Assembly: GCA_025449635.1 (NCBI GenBank)
Contig: JANWIZ010000036.1
Location: forward strand, 1-45,862
Source of the DNA: Patescibacteria group bacterium
Lineage (GTDB): Bacteria > Patescibacteriota > Microgenomatia > Woykebacterales > RBG-16-39-9b
Length of the DNA: 45,862 nt
Direction of reading: 5' to 3'
Of the stretch, positions 38,130-45,862 are shown piece by piece. Made by a program: the position numbers and the translations under genes. The notes below the pieces were generated by a model. It was not told the origin of the DNA. It saw only the letters and a program-made list of their open reading frames with translations, and searched no databases. The number at the start of each line of letters is the position of its first letter. Position 1 is the first letter of the stretch.

Positions 38130-39347
38130 ATGGATAATCAAAACTCCCTGCCTAAACAAAATAATGCTCCAATCGAAAATTCCCTAAAACAATCTTCGAT
38201 ACAACCTCAACCACCTAGACCAAACCCTACGATTTCAAACGATACCCAAATTTTTATCCATCCTGATCATGAATCCGGAACTCTGACCGTCCCTCAACAA
38301 ACGAATTCAAAAACACCGAAGAAAAAAGTTGATCTGATGTTAGTGCTTTTATCAATCGTTAGTGGTTCCTTAATCATTATTGGAAGTGCGATTTTTTTTA
38401 TTTTGATCCCAAGATCGCAAAATGTCACTTTCGCGACTTCAATCAAAGACACAGTTAGTTCTTCTAGTGACAAAACCGATAAAGTAAATTCATCACTGGA
38501 GGTTCTTTACAAAGCAATTACAAAACAGGAAGAAGATATAACTTTATCACAGTACCAAGATTTAAATGTGTTACCAACGGCTGAAAATAGTTTGACTAGT
38601 ATTTTTAATGCCGCCTCAAATTTAGCCAAACGTACAAAAGATAATCTCGATCAAAAAGAAAATGTAAAAAGCTTTGCAGTTCCAGCTGGAGATCCAAATG
38701 AAGAGGCCAGACAACATCGAGAGCTCGCCCAAAGTATCTCAGACAAATCTTCAGATGCCAACGAAATAAACCAAGAATTATCTGATTTAGTCAGCAAACC
38801 AGTTCAAATTGGCGTAAAGGAATTAAAATTTGAAACTACCGAATTGATAAAAACAACCACTAAGTATATTGAACAAGCGACCTACACCGCAGACTATTAC
38901 ATTGCCTTAAACGAAGCATCGATCGAGCTAGTTACACTTGCATCTTCACTTAACTCCGCCAAAGATATTGATAATGCAATTTCCAAATTGGCGAGTTTGA
39001 AAACTAGATTTGCTGAATACGAAAAAGCAAAGCTTCCCGAAAAAATTGAAGATTACAACAACGATATCGTAGAGATTTTGGATCTACTTTTGGTCTTTTA
39101 TCAAGATGTAAAAGCTGGAAAACTGGATACGGAAGAAAAAATAGTTAAATCTTACACAGTTTTTATGACTGATTTACAAGGTGTTGCTGCTAGATCAACC
39201 CACGACCAAATTAGCTTTTGGCAAAATAATGATGCGTTAAAATCATTTAGCAAACTTTCGAGCAAGCAAACTGAGGTTCAAAAGCAAGCGGAGAAAGTTA
39301 AAGATGCAAACAATTTCTTCTTATTAGAATGGGCTGGTGTGTCATAA
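38130..39347 (+). CDS. Hypothetical single-TM, helical/coiled-coil protein
   Basis: 405-aa ORF with a Pro/Gln-rich N-terminus and one TM helix. Confidence 0.7.
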   Translation: MDNQNSLPKQNNAPIENSLKQSSIQPQPPRPNPTISNDTQIFIHPDHESGTLTVPQQTNSKTPKKKVDLMLVLLSIVSGSLIIIGSAIFFILIPRSQNVTFATSIKDTVSSSSDKTDKVNSSLEVLYKAITKQEEDITLSQYQDLNVLPTAENSLTSIFNAASNLAKRTKDNLDQKENVKSFAVPAGDPNEEARQHRELAQSISDKSSDANEINQELSDLVSKPVQIGVKELKFETTELIKTTTKYIEQATYTADYYIALNEASIELVTLASSLNSAKDIDNAISKLASLKTRFAEYEKAKLPEKIEDYNNDIVEILDLLLVFYQDVKAGKLDTEEKIVKSYTVFMTDLQGVAARSTHDQISFWQNNDALKSFSKLSSKQTEVQKQAEKVKDANNFFLLEWAGVS

Positions 39348-39370
39348 CTCACTAGCAATACTCAAAGCAT

Positions 39371-39961
39371 ATGTCAAATTTTAAAATTTGCGTCAGTGGT
39401 GCTGCGGTCGGTGACTGTATAAACGAAGAAACTATCGAAAAATCCGAGCAGGTGGGTAAGGCCATTGCCAAAAGCGGTTCTATACTCGTCACTGGAGCAA
39501 CTACAGGTATACCATTTTATGCTGCGCGAGGTGTGAAAAAGCTTGATGGTATGAGTATTGGCTTTTCTCCTGCAGCAACGTATCAAGATCATGTTAAACG
39601 GTATCAACTCCCAACTCGGTATATGGATCTAATTGTTTATACTGGTTTTGGTTATGCTGGAAGAAATTTGATATTAACTCGCAGTGCTGATGCAGTCATC
39701 GTGATCTGCGGTAGAATCGGAACCTTAAATGAGTTTACTGTTGCGTTCGAGGACAAAAAGCCCTTAGGAGTTCTTGTGGGCAGCGGTGGAATTGCCGACG
39801 AAATAAAAGAGATAACTGAAATTGCCCATAAACACGAATGCTCTGTATTGTACGAGGAAGATCCTGAAAAACTCGTCAAAGAGTTACTTCGAGATTTGGA
39901 AAAAATGCGAACTAGTGATAATGCAAGCTCTGCCGTGACAAAACTTTCAAAAACAGACTAA
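39371..39961 (+). CDS. LOG/SLOG-family protein (TIGR00725-like)
   Basis: LVTGATTG, GFGYAGRN, GRIGTLNEF, GSGG. Confidence 0.87.
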   Translation: MSNFKICVSGAAVGDCINEETIEKSEQVGKAIAKSGSILVTGATTGIPFYAARGVKKLDGMSIGFSPAATYQDHVKRYQLPTRYMDLIVYTGFGYAGRNLILTRSADAVIVICGRIGTLNEFTVAFEDKKPLGVLVGSGGIADEIKEITEIAHKHECSVLYEEDPEKLVKELLRDLEKMRTSDNASSAVTKLSKTD

Positions 39962-39993
39962 ACCTTTGCTAAATTAGTATGGAAATTAATTAA

Positions 39994-40063
39994 GCAGCCC
40001 ACCTTGCTTGTCCAGATGTTTCTAGAAACGAACCTGTGAGGTTCGCTGCATTGAGTGAGCTGC
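39994..40063 (-). ncRNA. Candidate small structured RNA (~70 nt)
   Basis: - strand closing stem GCAGCTCACT/GGTGGGCTGC with internal hairpins AGCGAACC/GGTTCGTT and TCTAGA/TCTGGA; G-U pairs on - only; TTGACT -35 at 40101-096. Confidence 0.5.
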
Positions 40064-40158
40064 GTATCTTATATATAAATCGTTTTAGTTTTTGTAGTCA
40101 ACAACCAAGCAAGTTAGTTTTATTGACAAGCTCAAATCTTTAGCTTAGAGTGAAATTG

Positions 40159-41151
40159 ATGGAAGTAGAAACGAATCAAGAAACTAGTGTAGAACCAAGC
40201 TCTCAAACACTAGATAGTAAAAAATCTCGACCCCTTTGGGCTAAAATTTCTTTTTTTGCTATAGTTTTTTTAATCCTGACAACAATTGGATTCCTTGGTT
40301 ACATGCTTTTGGGTAAAGAAACTACTAAGACTCCTACTAATAATTCTACCGAAAAAACTGCTTCATCTTCAGCAACACTCTCAAAAAGATGCGGGGAGGA
40401 ACAAGAATTTACCAGTAATGCTCAAGGATATAGTGTTTGTTTCACTAGTAGCTGGCTAAAAAAACAACTTAAGATTTCTGATATTGCCGTTGGTTTTGAT
40501 AAAACGAAAGTCGATGAAAGTTTCCCTGGAACAATCTCAATAAGAATTTCAGATAAATCTGAGAACCTCAGCATTCAAGACATCATCAGCAACTCTTTGA
40601 AATACGAATATTCAAAAACAACTCTTGACTCCACCAGAGGTACAAGAATAGTGTGGGAAAGAACAAGTGAGGATTCCTTAAGCTCATTTCCAAAATCTGT
40701 AGATGTGGTAATTCCAAAATACGAACGAACTTATACTATTAGTCTAATCTCCAACGAAACTGATTACTCAGCAAACTTGGAGTTGTTTGAAAATTTCCTT
40801 AATAATTTTAAATTCCAAGAAAAAGAGCCGGAACTACCCTGGTCAGAATCACGAAATATCTTAGTTTATTATCCTTGGCCCAACGATACAATTAAGAATC
40901 CAATCGACTTGGAAGGGGTAGCGATAGCTTTTGAAGGTACAGTAAGTATCAGAATCAAGGATAGTAAAGGAAAGTCTCTAATAGAAACTACAGTTCAAGC
41001 AGAATCTGGTACTGAACGGTCCGTCTTTAAAGGACAGGTAAGTTTTGATAAATCAGAGAGTAATAAAGGCTTTGTTGAAATTTTTACGCTGTCCCCAAAA
41101 GACGGGCAGGAACAGGACAAAGTCACAATTCCTGTTAATTTCCAAAAGTAA
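40159..41151 (+). CDS. Membrane-anchored protein with PsbP-like and C-terminal Gmad2 Ig-like domains
   Basis: TM helix; NILVYYPWPND..G.A.AFEGTVSIRIKD..SPKDG; promoter TTGACA-17-TAGAGT favours ATG 40159. Confidence 0.8.
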   Translation: MEVETNQETSVEPSSQTLDSKKSRPLWAKISFFAIVFLILTTIGFLGYMLLGKETTKTPTNNSTEKTASSSATLSKRCGEEQEFTSNAQGYSVCFTSSWLKKQLKISDIAVGFDKTKVDESFPGTISIRISDKSENLSIQDIISNSLKYEYSKTTLDSTRGTRIVWERTSEDSLSSFPKSVDVVIPKYERTYTISLISNETDYSANLELFENFLNNFKFQEKEPELPWSESRNILVYYPWPNDTIKNPIDLEGVAIAFEGTVSIRIKDSKGKSLIETTVQAESGTERSVFKGQVSFDKSESNKGFVEIFTLSPKDGQEQDKVTIPVNFQK

Positions 41152-41229
41152 ATCGGCCACAAGGCAGTGTAACTAAGCGCCCTTATTGTTGTTATATAGC
41201 TTCAGTACTGCTTCTCTGTGAGTTTTGGT

Positions 41230-41925
41230 TCAACGACTAGAATATTTTTTAATGGTCCTTACGAATTTATCCTTCAAACTATCTCTACGTTGAAAAGCGA
41301 AAATTAAGGCAGGAATCCCTACCAAAACACCGACCGGAACAACGATCAATGCGGGATTTATTTCGCGTAAAAAACTTGAGGAATAAAAATAAAAGATATT
41401 AATAGCAGTCCAAGGAATCATGCTTACTATCAAAAACCTCCAAAACTTTAAACCCGCCAACCCCGAAGCATAGCTAACCGCATCGATTCCAACCGCAGTC
41501 AGGGGTAGTAAAAAACGTAAACCAAAAATCCAATTCAAGTTGATCCTCCTACTTAAATCCTCAATTCTCTCAACCTCTTTCTTAGCGAGAATCTTTTGTA
41601 AAAATCGATCAAGAAACTTCCGCCCAATCAGGTAATTTGCAGTTAGCGCTACTAGGTGGGCTACAAAGGTTGCGCTCACCGACACTACTGGCGGAAAGAG
41701 TAAAGCGGCCAAACTCACAACCAATAAATCAGATATTGGGTTGAACGGAACTGTTAACCCAAAAAAAAGTAAAAAAGAATAGGCGATTGGAGCAGCAGGT
41801 CCAAAATAATCAACCAAATTTCTAATGGTTTCAAAATCAATGTTAAATATTTGTTGAAGCAAAATACTTCCAAAGAAAGATATCAGAAAAACCAAAGAAA
41901 TCTTAATCACAGTTTTTTGATCCAT
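41230..41925 (-). CDS. DedA/VTT (TVP38) family membrane protein
   Basis: ANYLIGR, LRFLLP...DAVSYASGL..LKFWRF. Confidence 0.85.
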   Translation of the reverse strand: MDQKTVIKISLVFLISFFGSILLQQIFNIDFETIRNLVDYFGPAAPIAYSFLLFFGLTVPFNPISDLLVVSLAALLFPPVVSVSATFVAHLVALTANYLIGRKFLDRFLQKILAKKEVERIEDLSRRINLNWIFGLRFLLPLTAVGIDAVSYASGLAGLKFWRFLIVSMIPWTAINIFYFYSSSFLREINPALIVVPVGVLVGIPALIFAFQRRDSLKDKFVRTIKKYSSR

Positions 41926-41998
41926 ATGCCGTTAATAGTAGCATAATAATTTGCTGGGGCTTCTAAATAAACTTTTTTACATTTAAAATATATAGTGT

Positions 41999-43987
41999 AT
42001 GTATTCAAAGCTCTCTGATTATGGATTGATTGGAAATTGTCGCAGCAGTGCCCTTGTTTCAAAATGGGGGAGTATTGACTGGGCTTGTTTACCTGACTTA
42101 GATTCTGATGCGTATTTTTGCAAACTTTTAGATGATAAAAAAGGAGGTTTTTTTGACATACACCCTCTTGGTTTTTACCAAAGTTCACAAAAATATAAAG
42201 AAAGAACGAACATTCTCAAAACCGATTTTTTTAACCACACAGGCAGGTTAATTCTGACAGACTACATGCCAATTTCACGTTCAATTGAAGCATTTGGTGA
42301 TATACCAGAATTCGGTCCGAAATTTTGTCGGCGAATCAAAGCAAAAAGTGGGAGCCATAGAGTTAGACTCGAAATCAAAATTACCCCAGCGTTCGCAGAG
42401 GAAGAGATTAGAATCGAAAAACAAGAGGATAATGTAAAGTTTGTATCTTCAAAAACTGTATTTACCCTGATAGGCAATACTTCTGACCTTATTATAGACA
42501 AAAATTTGTTGAGTTGTGAATTTGTTTTGAACGAAGGAGAGGAAAAGTATTTTTTCTTAACATTTGATAACACTCATGACATTCAGAACGACTATTCACT
42601 CGAGGAACTTAAAAAAACCTATGCAGAAACATTGTCTTTTTGGCTGTGGTGGTCTGGTCTATCAAAATATAACGGTGTATTCCAAGAAGAAGTTATACGA
42701 TCAGCATTAGTTCTCAAACTACTTACTTTCGCACCAACTGGAGCTGTTGTAGCCGCACCAACCACTAGTTTACCAGAAAAAATTGGTGGGGAATTAAACT
42801 GGGACTATCGTTATGTTTGGTTAAGAGATGCTTCTTTTACTATGTATGCTTTTCTTGGATTGGGTTACCTTAAAGAAGCTGTTGATTTTATGAATTGGCT
42901 TACTTCAGTTTGCCTAAAAAACAAAGATAAAATTCAAATTATGTATGGAATTCGTGGGGAAAGTACGCTTGAAGAAAAGGAAATAAATCATTTATCTGGT
43001 TATGAAAATTCCAAACCAATCAGAAAAGGAAACGAGGCTTATAAACAAACTCAGCTTGATATTTTTGGGGAAGTACTTGATTGTATTCTTTTGTTTGTTA
43101 ATTCTGGAGGAGAGGCGAGCAAGGAGTTAAAGGAATTGATTGTTATTTTGGTGGAGGTTTGCCTAAGGAATTGGCAAGATAAGGATGCTGGAATCTGGGA
43201 GCCAAGGCATGGTTATCAACACCATATATATTCTAAAGTTATGTGCTGGGTGGCTCTTGATCGTGGCTTACGGTTGGCAAAAAAACTTAATCTACCTTTA
43301 GATCAGATTGGTTTAGAAAATGAAATGGAAAAAATTAAAACAGATGTTTTGGCCAAAGGTTACAACGAAAAATTAGGCGCTTTTGTCGAATATTACGGAA
43401 GCCAAACTGTAGACAGTAGCAACCTTAACATACCTCTAGTTGGTTTTTTACCTGCCAGTGATCCAAAGGTTCTTTCAACTCTAAACATAACTCTTTCACA
43501 ACTCACAAAGGACTGGTTTGTTTATCGCACAAATGATCAAACAGATAAATTGAAAGAAGGTGAAGGCGCTTTTTTCCTGTCTATTTTTTGGCTGATAGAT
43601 ACTTTGTCAATACTTGGCCGTACAAAAGAAGCCAAGATTTGGCTTGAAAAGTTAATTTATTTTTCTACACCGTTGGGATTGTACGCTGAAGAATTCAACC
43701 CCAAAACCAAAGAACATCTAGGGAATTTTCCTCAAGCATTTACACATTTGGGTCTGATAAACAGCGCGCTAAATTTGAATAAATCAATCAAAAACGGTCC
43801 TGAAAGAATTTTTACCAACTCATCAGAAAGACTTTTTCAAGCCAGAGAAGCTCTTGGGAATAGTGTAAAACACACTTTCGAACTATTAATCCCTTTAGTG
43901 ATTAGAAAATTCTTCAGTAATCGAGCTTTGCGACAAACCCAAAAGCATTCTATTTTGGGAAAGGTTTTTCAAAGAGACAAGCTTTAA
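41999..43987 (+). CDS. Glycoside hydrolase family 15 (trehalase/glucoamylase-like)
   Basis: YGLIGNCRSSALV, PTTSLPE..GG..NWDYRYVWLRD, GIWE, GNFPQAFTH. Confidence 0.93.
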   Translation: MYSKLSDYGLIGNCRSSALVSKWGSIDWACLPDLDSDAYFCKLLDDKKGGFFDIHPLGFYQSSQKYKERTNILKTDFFNHTGRLILTDYMPISRSIEAFGDIPEFGPKFCRRIKAKSGSHRVRLEIKITPAFAEEEIRIEKQEDNVKFVSSKTVFTLIGNTSDLIIDKNLLSCEFVLNEGEEKYFFLTFDNTHDIQNDYSLEELKKTYAETLSFWLWWSGLSKYNGVFQEEVIRSALVLKLLTFAPTGAVVAAPTTSLPEKIGGELNWDYRYVWLRDASFTMYAFLGLGYLKEAVDFMNWLTSVCLKNKDKIQIMYGIRGESTLEEKEINHLSGYENSKPIRKGNEAYKQTQLDIFGEVLDCILLFVNSGGEASKELKELIVILVEVCLRNWQDKDAGIWEPRHGYQHHIYSKVMCWVALDRGLRLAKKLNLPLDQIGLENEMEKIKTDVLAKGYNEKLGAFVEYYGSQTVDSSNLNIPLVGFLPASDPKVLSTLNITLSQLTKDWFVYRTNDQTDKLKEGEGAFFLSIFWLIDTLSILGRTKEAKIWLEKLIYFSTPLGLYAEEFNPKTKEHLGNFPQAFTHLGLINSALNLNKSIKNGPERIFTNSSERLFQAREALGNSVKHTFELLIPLVIRKFFSNRALRQTQKHSILGKVFQRDKL

Positions 43988-44054
43988 ATTACCTGATTGT
44001 TTTTTTCCTTATTTTGTTCTAAATTTAAACAGCTGTTTCAGGAGGCAGTAGTTT

Positions 44055-44447
44055 ATGATCAAATCATTAGAATCCGTTTTACTTTCTAGCGAGAATGCCA
44101 AAGCTCTGGCTGAATTTTACCAAGACAAAGTCGGAATAAAAATAAAAGAGGAATATGAAATGGGGGAAGACTCAAGTGCATTTGAAATGGATGCAGGCGA
44201 CGGTAGTAGCTTTATGATCAACGATCATTCCGAGGTCAAAGGTAAATCAAGTCAACCACAAAGATACATGTTAAATTTTGAAGTTAAAAATATCGATGAA
44301 GCGGTAAAAACAGTTGAAGGTAACGGTGTTTCAAAAATTACTGATAAATATCATGTGGAGGGGTATGGTTACATTGCAACATTTGAGGACTTAGACGGTA
44401 ACTACTTTCAATTGGTTCAAGTTAAAGATGATGAAGACGATGATTAA
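44055..44447 (+). CDS. VOC/glyoxalase family protein
   Basis: AEFYQDKVG, LNFEVKNID, FEDLDGNYFQL; SD AGGAGG. Confidence 0.88.
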   Translation: MIKSLESVLLSSENAKALAEFYQDKVGIKIKEEYEMGEDSSAFEMDAGDGSSFMINDHSEVKGKSSQPQRYMLNFEVKNIDEAVKTVEGNGVSKITDKYHVEGYGYIATFEDLDGNYFQLVQVKDDEDDD

Positions 44448-44459
44448 ATTTTTAGTCCA

Positions 44460-44819
44460 ATGAAATTACTAGCAAGTTGGTTAATCAACGCACTAGCTCT
44501 TTATGTAACTGATTTTATTATTAGTGGCATTTCCTTTGAGAATTGGCAAACATTATTTGTCGCTGCTTTAGTTATTGGAATAATTAATACCTTAATCAAA
44601 CCAGTTGCACTATTGATCACTTTACCGATAACAATACTGACTCTCGGAATCTTTGCTCTGATTGTAAACACAGCAATGCTGGCTCTGGCTGCACAAATAG
44701 TTCCTGGATTTAACATAGCTGGTTTTTGGTCAGCCTTTTTTGGAGCAATTGTTTTAGCAATTGTAAGTACCTTTCTACAGTCAATGATTAAGGAACACCC
44801 TAGTCAAACAAGTCTTTGA
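44460..44819 (+). CDS. 4-TM phage-holin-like membrane protein (YvlD family)
   Basis: INTLIKP...LPITILTLGIF.LIVN...PGF.I.GFWSAFFGA. Confidence 0.88.
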   Translation: MKLLASWLINALALYVTDFIISGISFENWQTLFVAALVIGIINTLIKPVALLITLPITILTLGIFALIVNTAMLALAAQIVPGFNIAGFWSAFFGAIVLAIVSTFLQSMIKEHPSQTSL

Positions 44820-44820
44820 C

Positions 44821-45474
44821 GTGAACCAATTTTTAGAAAACAACAAAACCCTTTTTCGCTATATTTCTTTAATTTTTTTTATTTTGATTATATTACTTCC
44901 AGGTTTGGTGTTCTTTCAAACTCGTGGAGGAGTCAGTTTTCTGGAAAAAACTAGTCTTAAGTCTGCAATTGCATTAATTTTCCCACTTTTTGGTCTTTAT
45001 GGCTTCACCCTTATTTGGTTTCAAATCATGATTGGATCGAATATCAGATATTTAACTAAAATTTGGCCCAAAATATTTCTTTTTCACCGAACTGAGGGTA
45101 TTATTGCTTTTTTGTTTGTTTTGGTTCATATCAGCTTTATCCTTATCACTTATAGCTTTGAAAAGTTTTTGGAAGCAAGATTCTTACCTGAAAATTTAAG
45201 AATTTTTGGAATCTTGGGAAACTTTGCCTTTTATCTTCTCGTTCTATCAACCACAGCAGCTCTTTTCCGACAAAAGAAACTGTTAAGAAAGTATTGGCGT
45301 TTTATTCATTATTTTAATTATGTTGTTTTTTTCTTGGTTTTGATTCACTCATTAAATTTGGGATCTGACACGCAGTCTGGAGCATTAAAATACTTATGGT
45401 ATTTCTTTGCCACCACAGTTGTGATCTCTTTAATAAATAAATTTTCTAAACGATTTAGTCTGTCTTCAAACTAA
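44821..45474 (+). CDS. Ferric-reductase-like transmembrane (heme b) protein
   Basis: Heme-ligand His pattern FHR..G...LVH and WRFIH.FNY...LIH. Confidence 0.85.
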   Translation: MNQFLENNKTLFRYISLIFFILIILLPGLVFFQTRGGVSFLEKTSLKSAIALIFPLFGLYGFTLIWFQIMIGSNIRYLTKIWPKIFLFHRTEGIIAFLFVLVHISFILITYSFEKFLEARFLPENLRIFGILGNFAFYLLVLSTTAALFRQKKLLRKYWRFIHYFNYVVFFLVLIHSLNLGSDTQSGALKYLWYFFATTVVISLINKFSKRFSLSSN

Positions 45475-45862
45475 AGACTTGGTGATTTTAAAAAGTATAA
45501 ATAAGAAGCTAATTGCCCAAGACGATCAGTAATTAAAAGTACTCCCAAACAAATCAGAAAAACCCCAGCAATATAGTTAAAATATTTCAAATAGATACTT
45601 ACTTTTCGTAGCCAACTTGATATTTTGGAAATAAAAAGCGCGAAAAAAAGAAAAGGAACTGCCAAACCGAAACCATAAGCCATCAGATAAATACCGCCAG
45701 TAAAAGCAGTAGCACTAGACCCAGCTAACAAAAGTATAGCCGCTAAAATTGGTCCAACGCAGGGTGTCCAGCCAGCCGCAAAGGCGGCCCCGACTAAAAA
45801 TGATTTAGTTAAATTGAAACCAGACCCACTAGAAATATTCAATTTGAAAGTCCTTTGTAAAA
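45471..45862 (-). CDS. ccdA: Cytochrome c biogenesis CcdA/DsbD-TM protein, partial (5' end outside window)
   Basis: GWTPCVGPIL, YGFGLAVPF; frame stays open to the window edge. Confidence 0.85.
   Translation of the reverse strand, partial: LQRTFKLNISSGSGFNLTKSFLVGAAFAAGWTPCVGPILAAILLLAGSSATAFTGGIYLMAYGFGLAVPFLFFALFISKISSWLRKVSIYLKYFNYIAGVFLICLGVLLITDRLGQLASYLYFLKSPSL

Noticed and set aside
44460-44819. Holin as evidence of a prophage
   Set aside because: The YvlD-type family is common in chromosomes; no endolysin or phage genes are adjacent

Overview
This is an AT-rich bacterial chromosome segment. Its gene repertoire (type IV pilus operon with several GspG-like pilins, short holB, gyrBA, single Xer-type recombinase, LOG, DUF192, Gmad2, GH15, many apparently leaderless genes) suggests a Patescibacteria/CPR organism; this is an inference, not a database result. 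1-17 kb is housekeeping: pil operon, holB, gyrB, gyrA, PAS sensor kinase, glyA, xer. 31-46 kb holds ordinary transport, envelope and metabolism genes. The middle part (~17-31 kb) is accessory and is where the unusual signals are. (i) Three unannotated, GC-richer intergenic units of ~300-330 nt (19320-19653, 23442-23746, 28958-29265) each have a sigma70-type promoter, fold almost end to end into multi-helix structures with G-U pairs on the + strand only, and end in a U-tract. They are candidate novel large non-coding RNAs; a fourth ~70-nt candidate lies at 39994-40063. (ii) A fatty-acid modification cluster: two soluble di-iron acyl-ACP desaturases, FabF and DegV/FakB. This is unexpected in a lineage generally described as lacking fatty-acid synthesis, and the two desaturases share a promoter/leader motif. 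(iii) A stand-alone two-gene operon encodes a 95-aa protein ending in PPRAGG (ubiquitin-like C-terminus) and a partner with a Cys-x-His motif. (iv) An Fe-S PD-(D/E)XK nuclease, an AN1-like zinc-finger protein, an HD nucleotidase and dinB, which has a TTCGG-N6-TTCGG operator. No rRNA, tRNA, CRISPR array or transposase was found. All structures were derived by eye.
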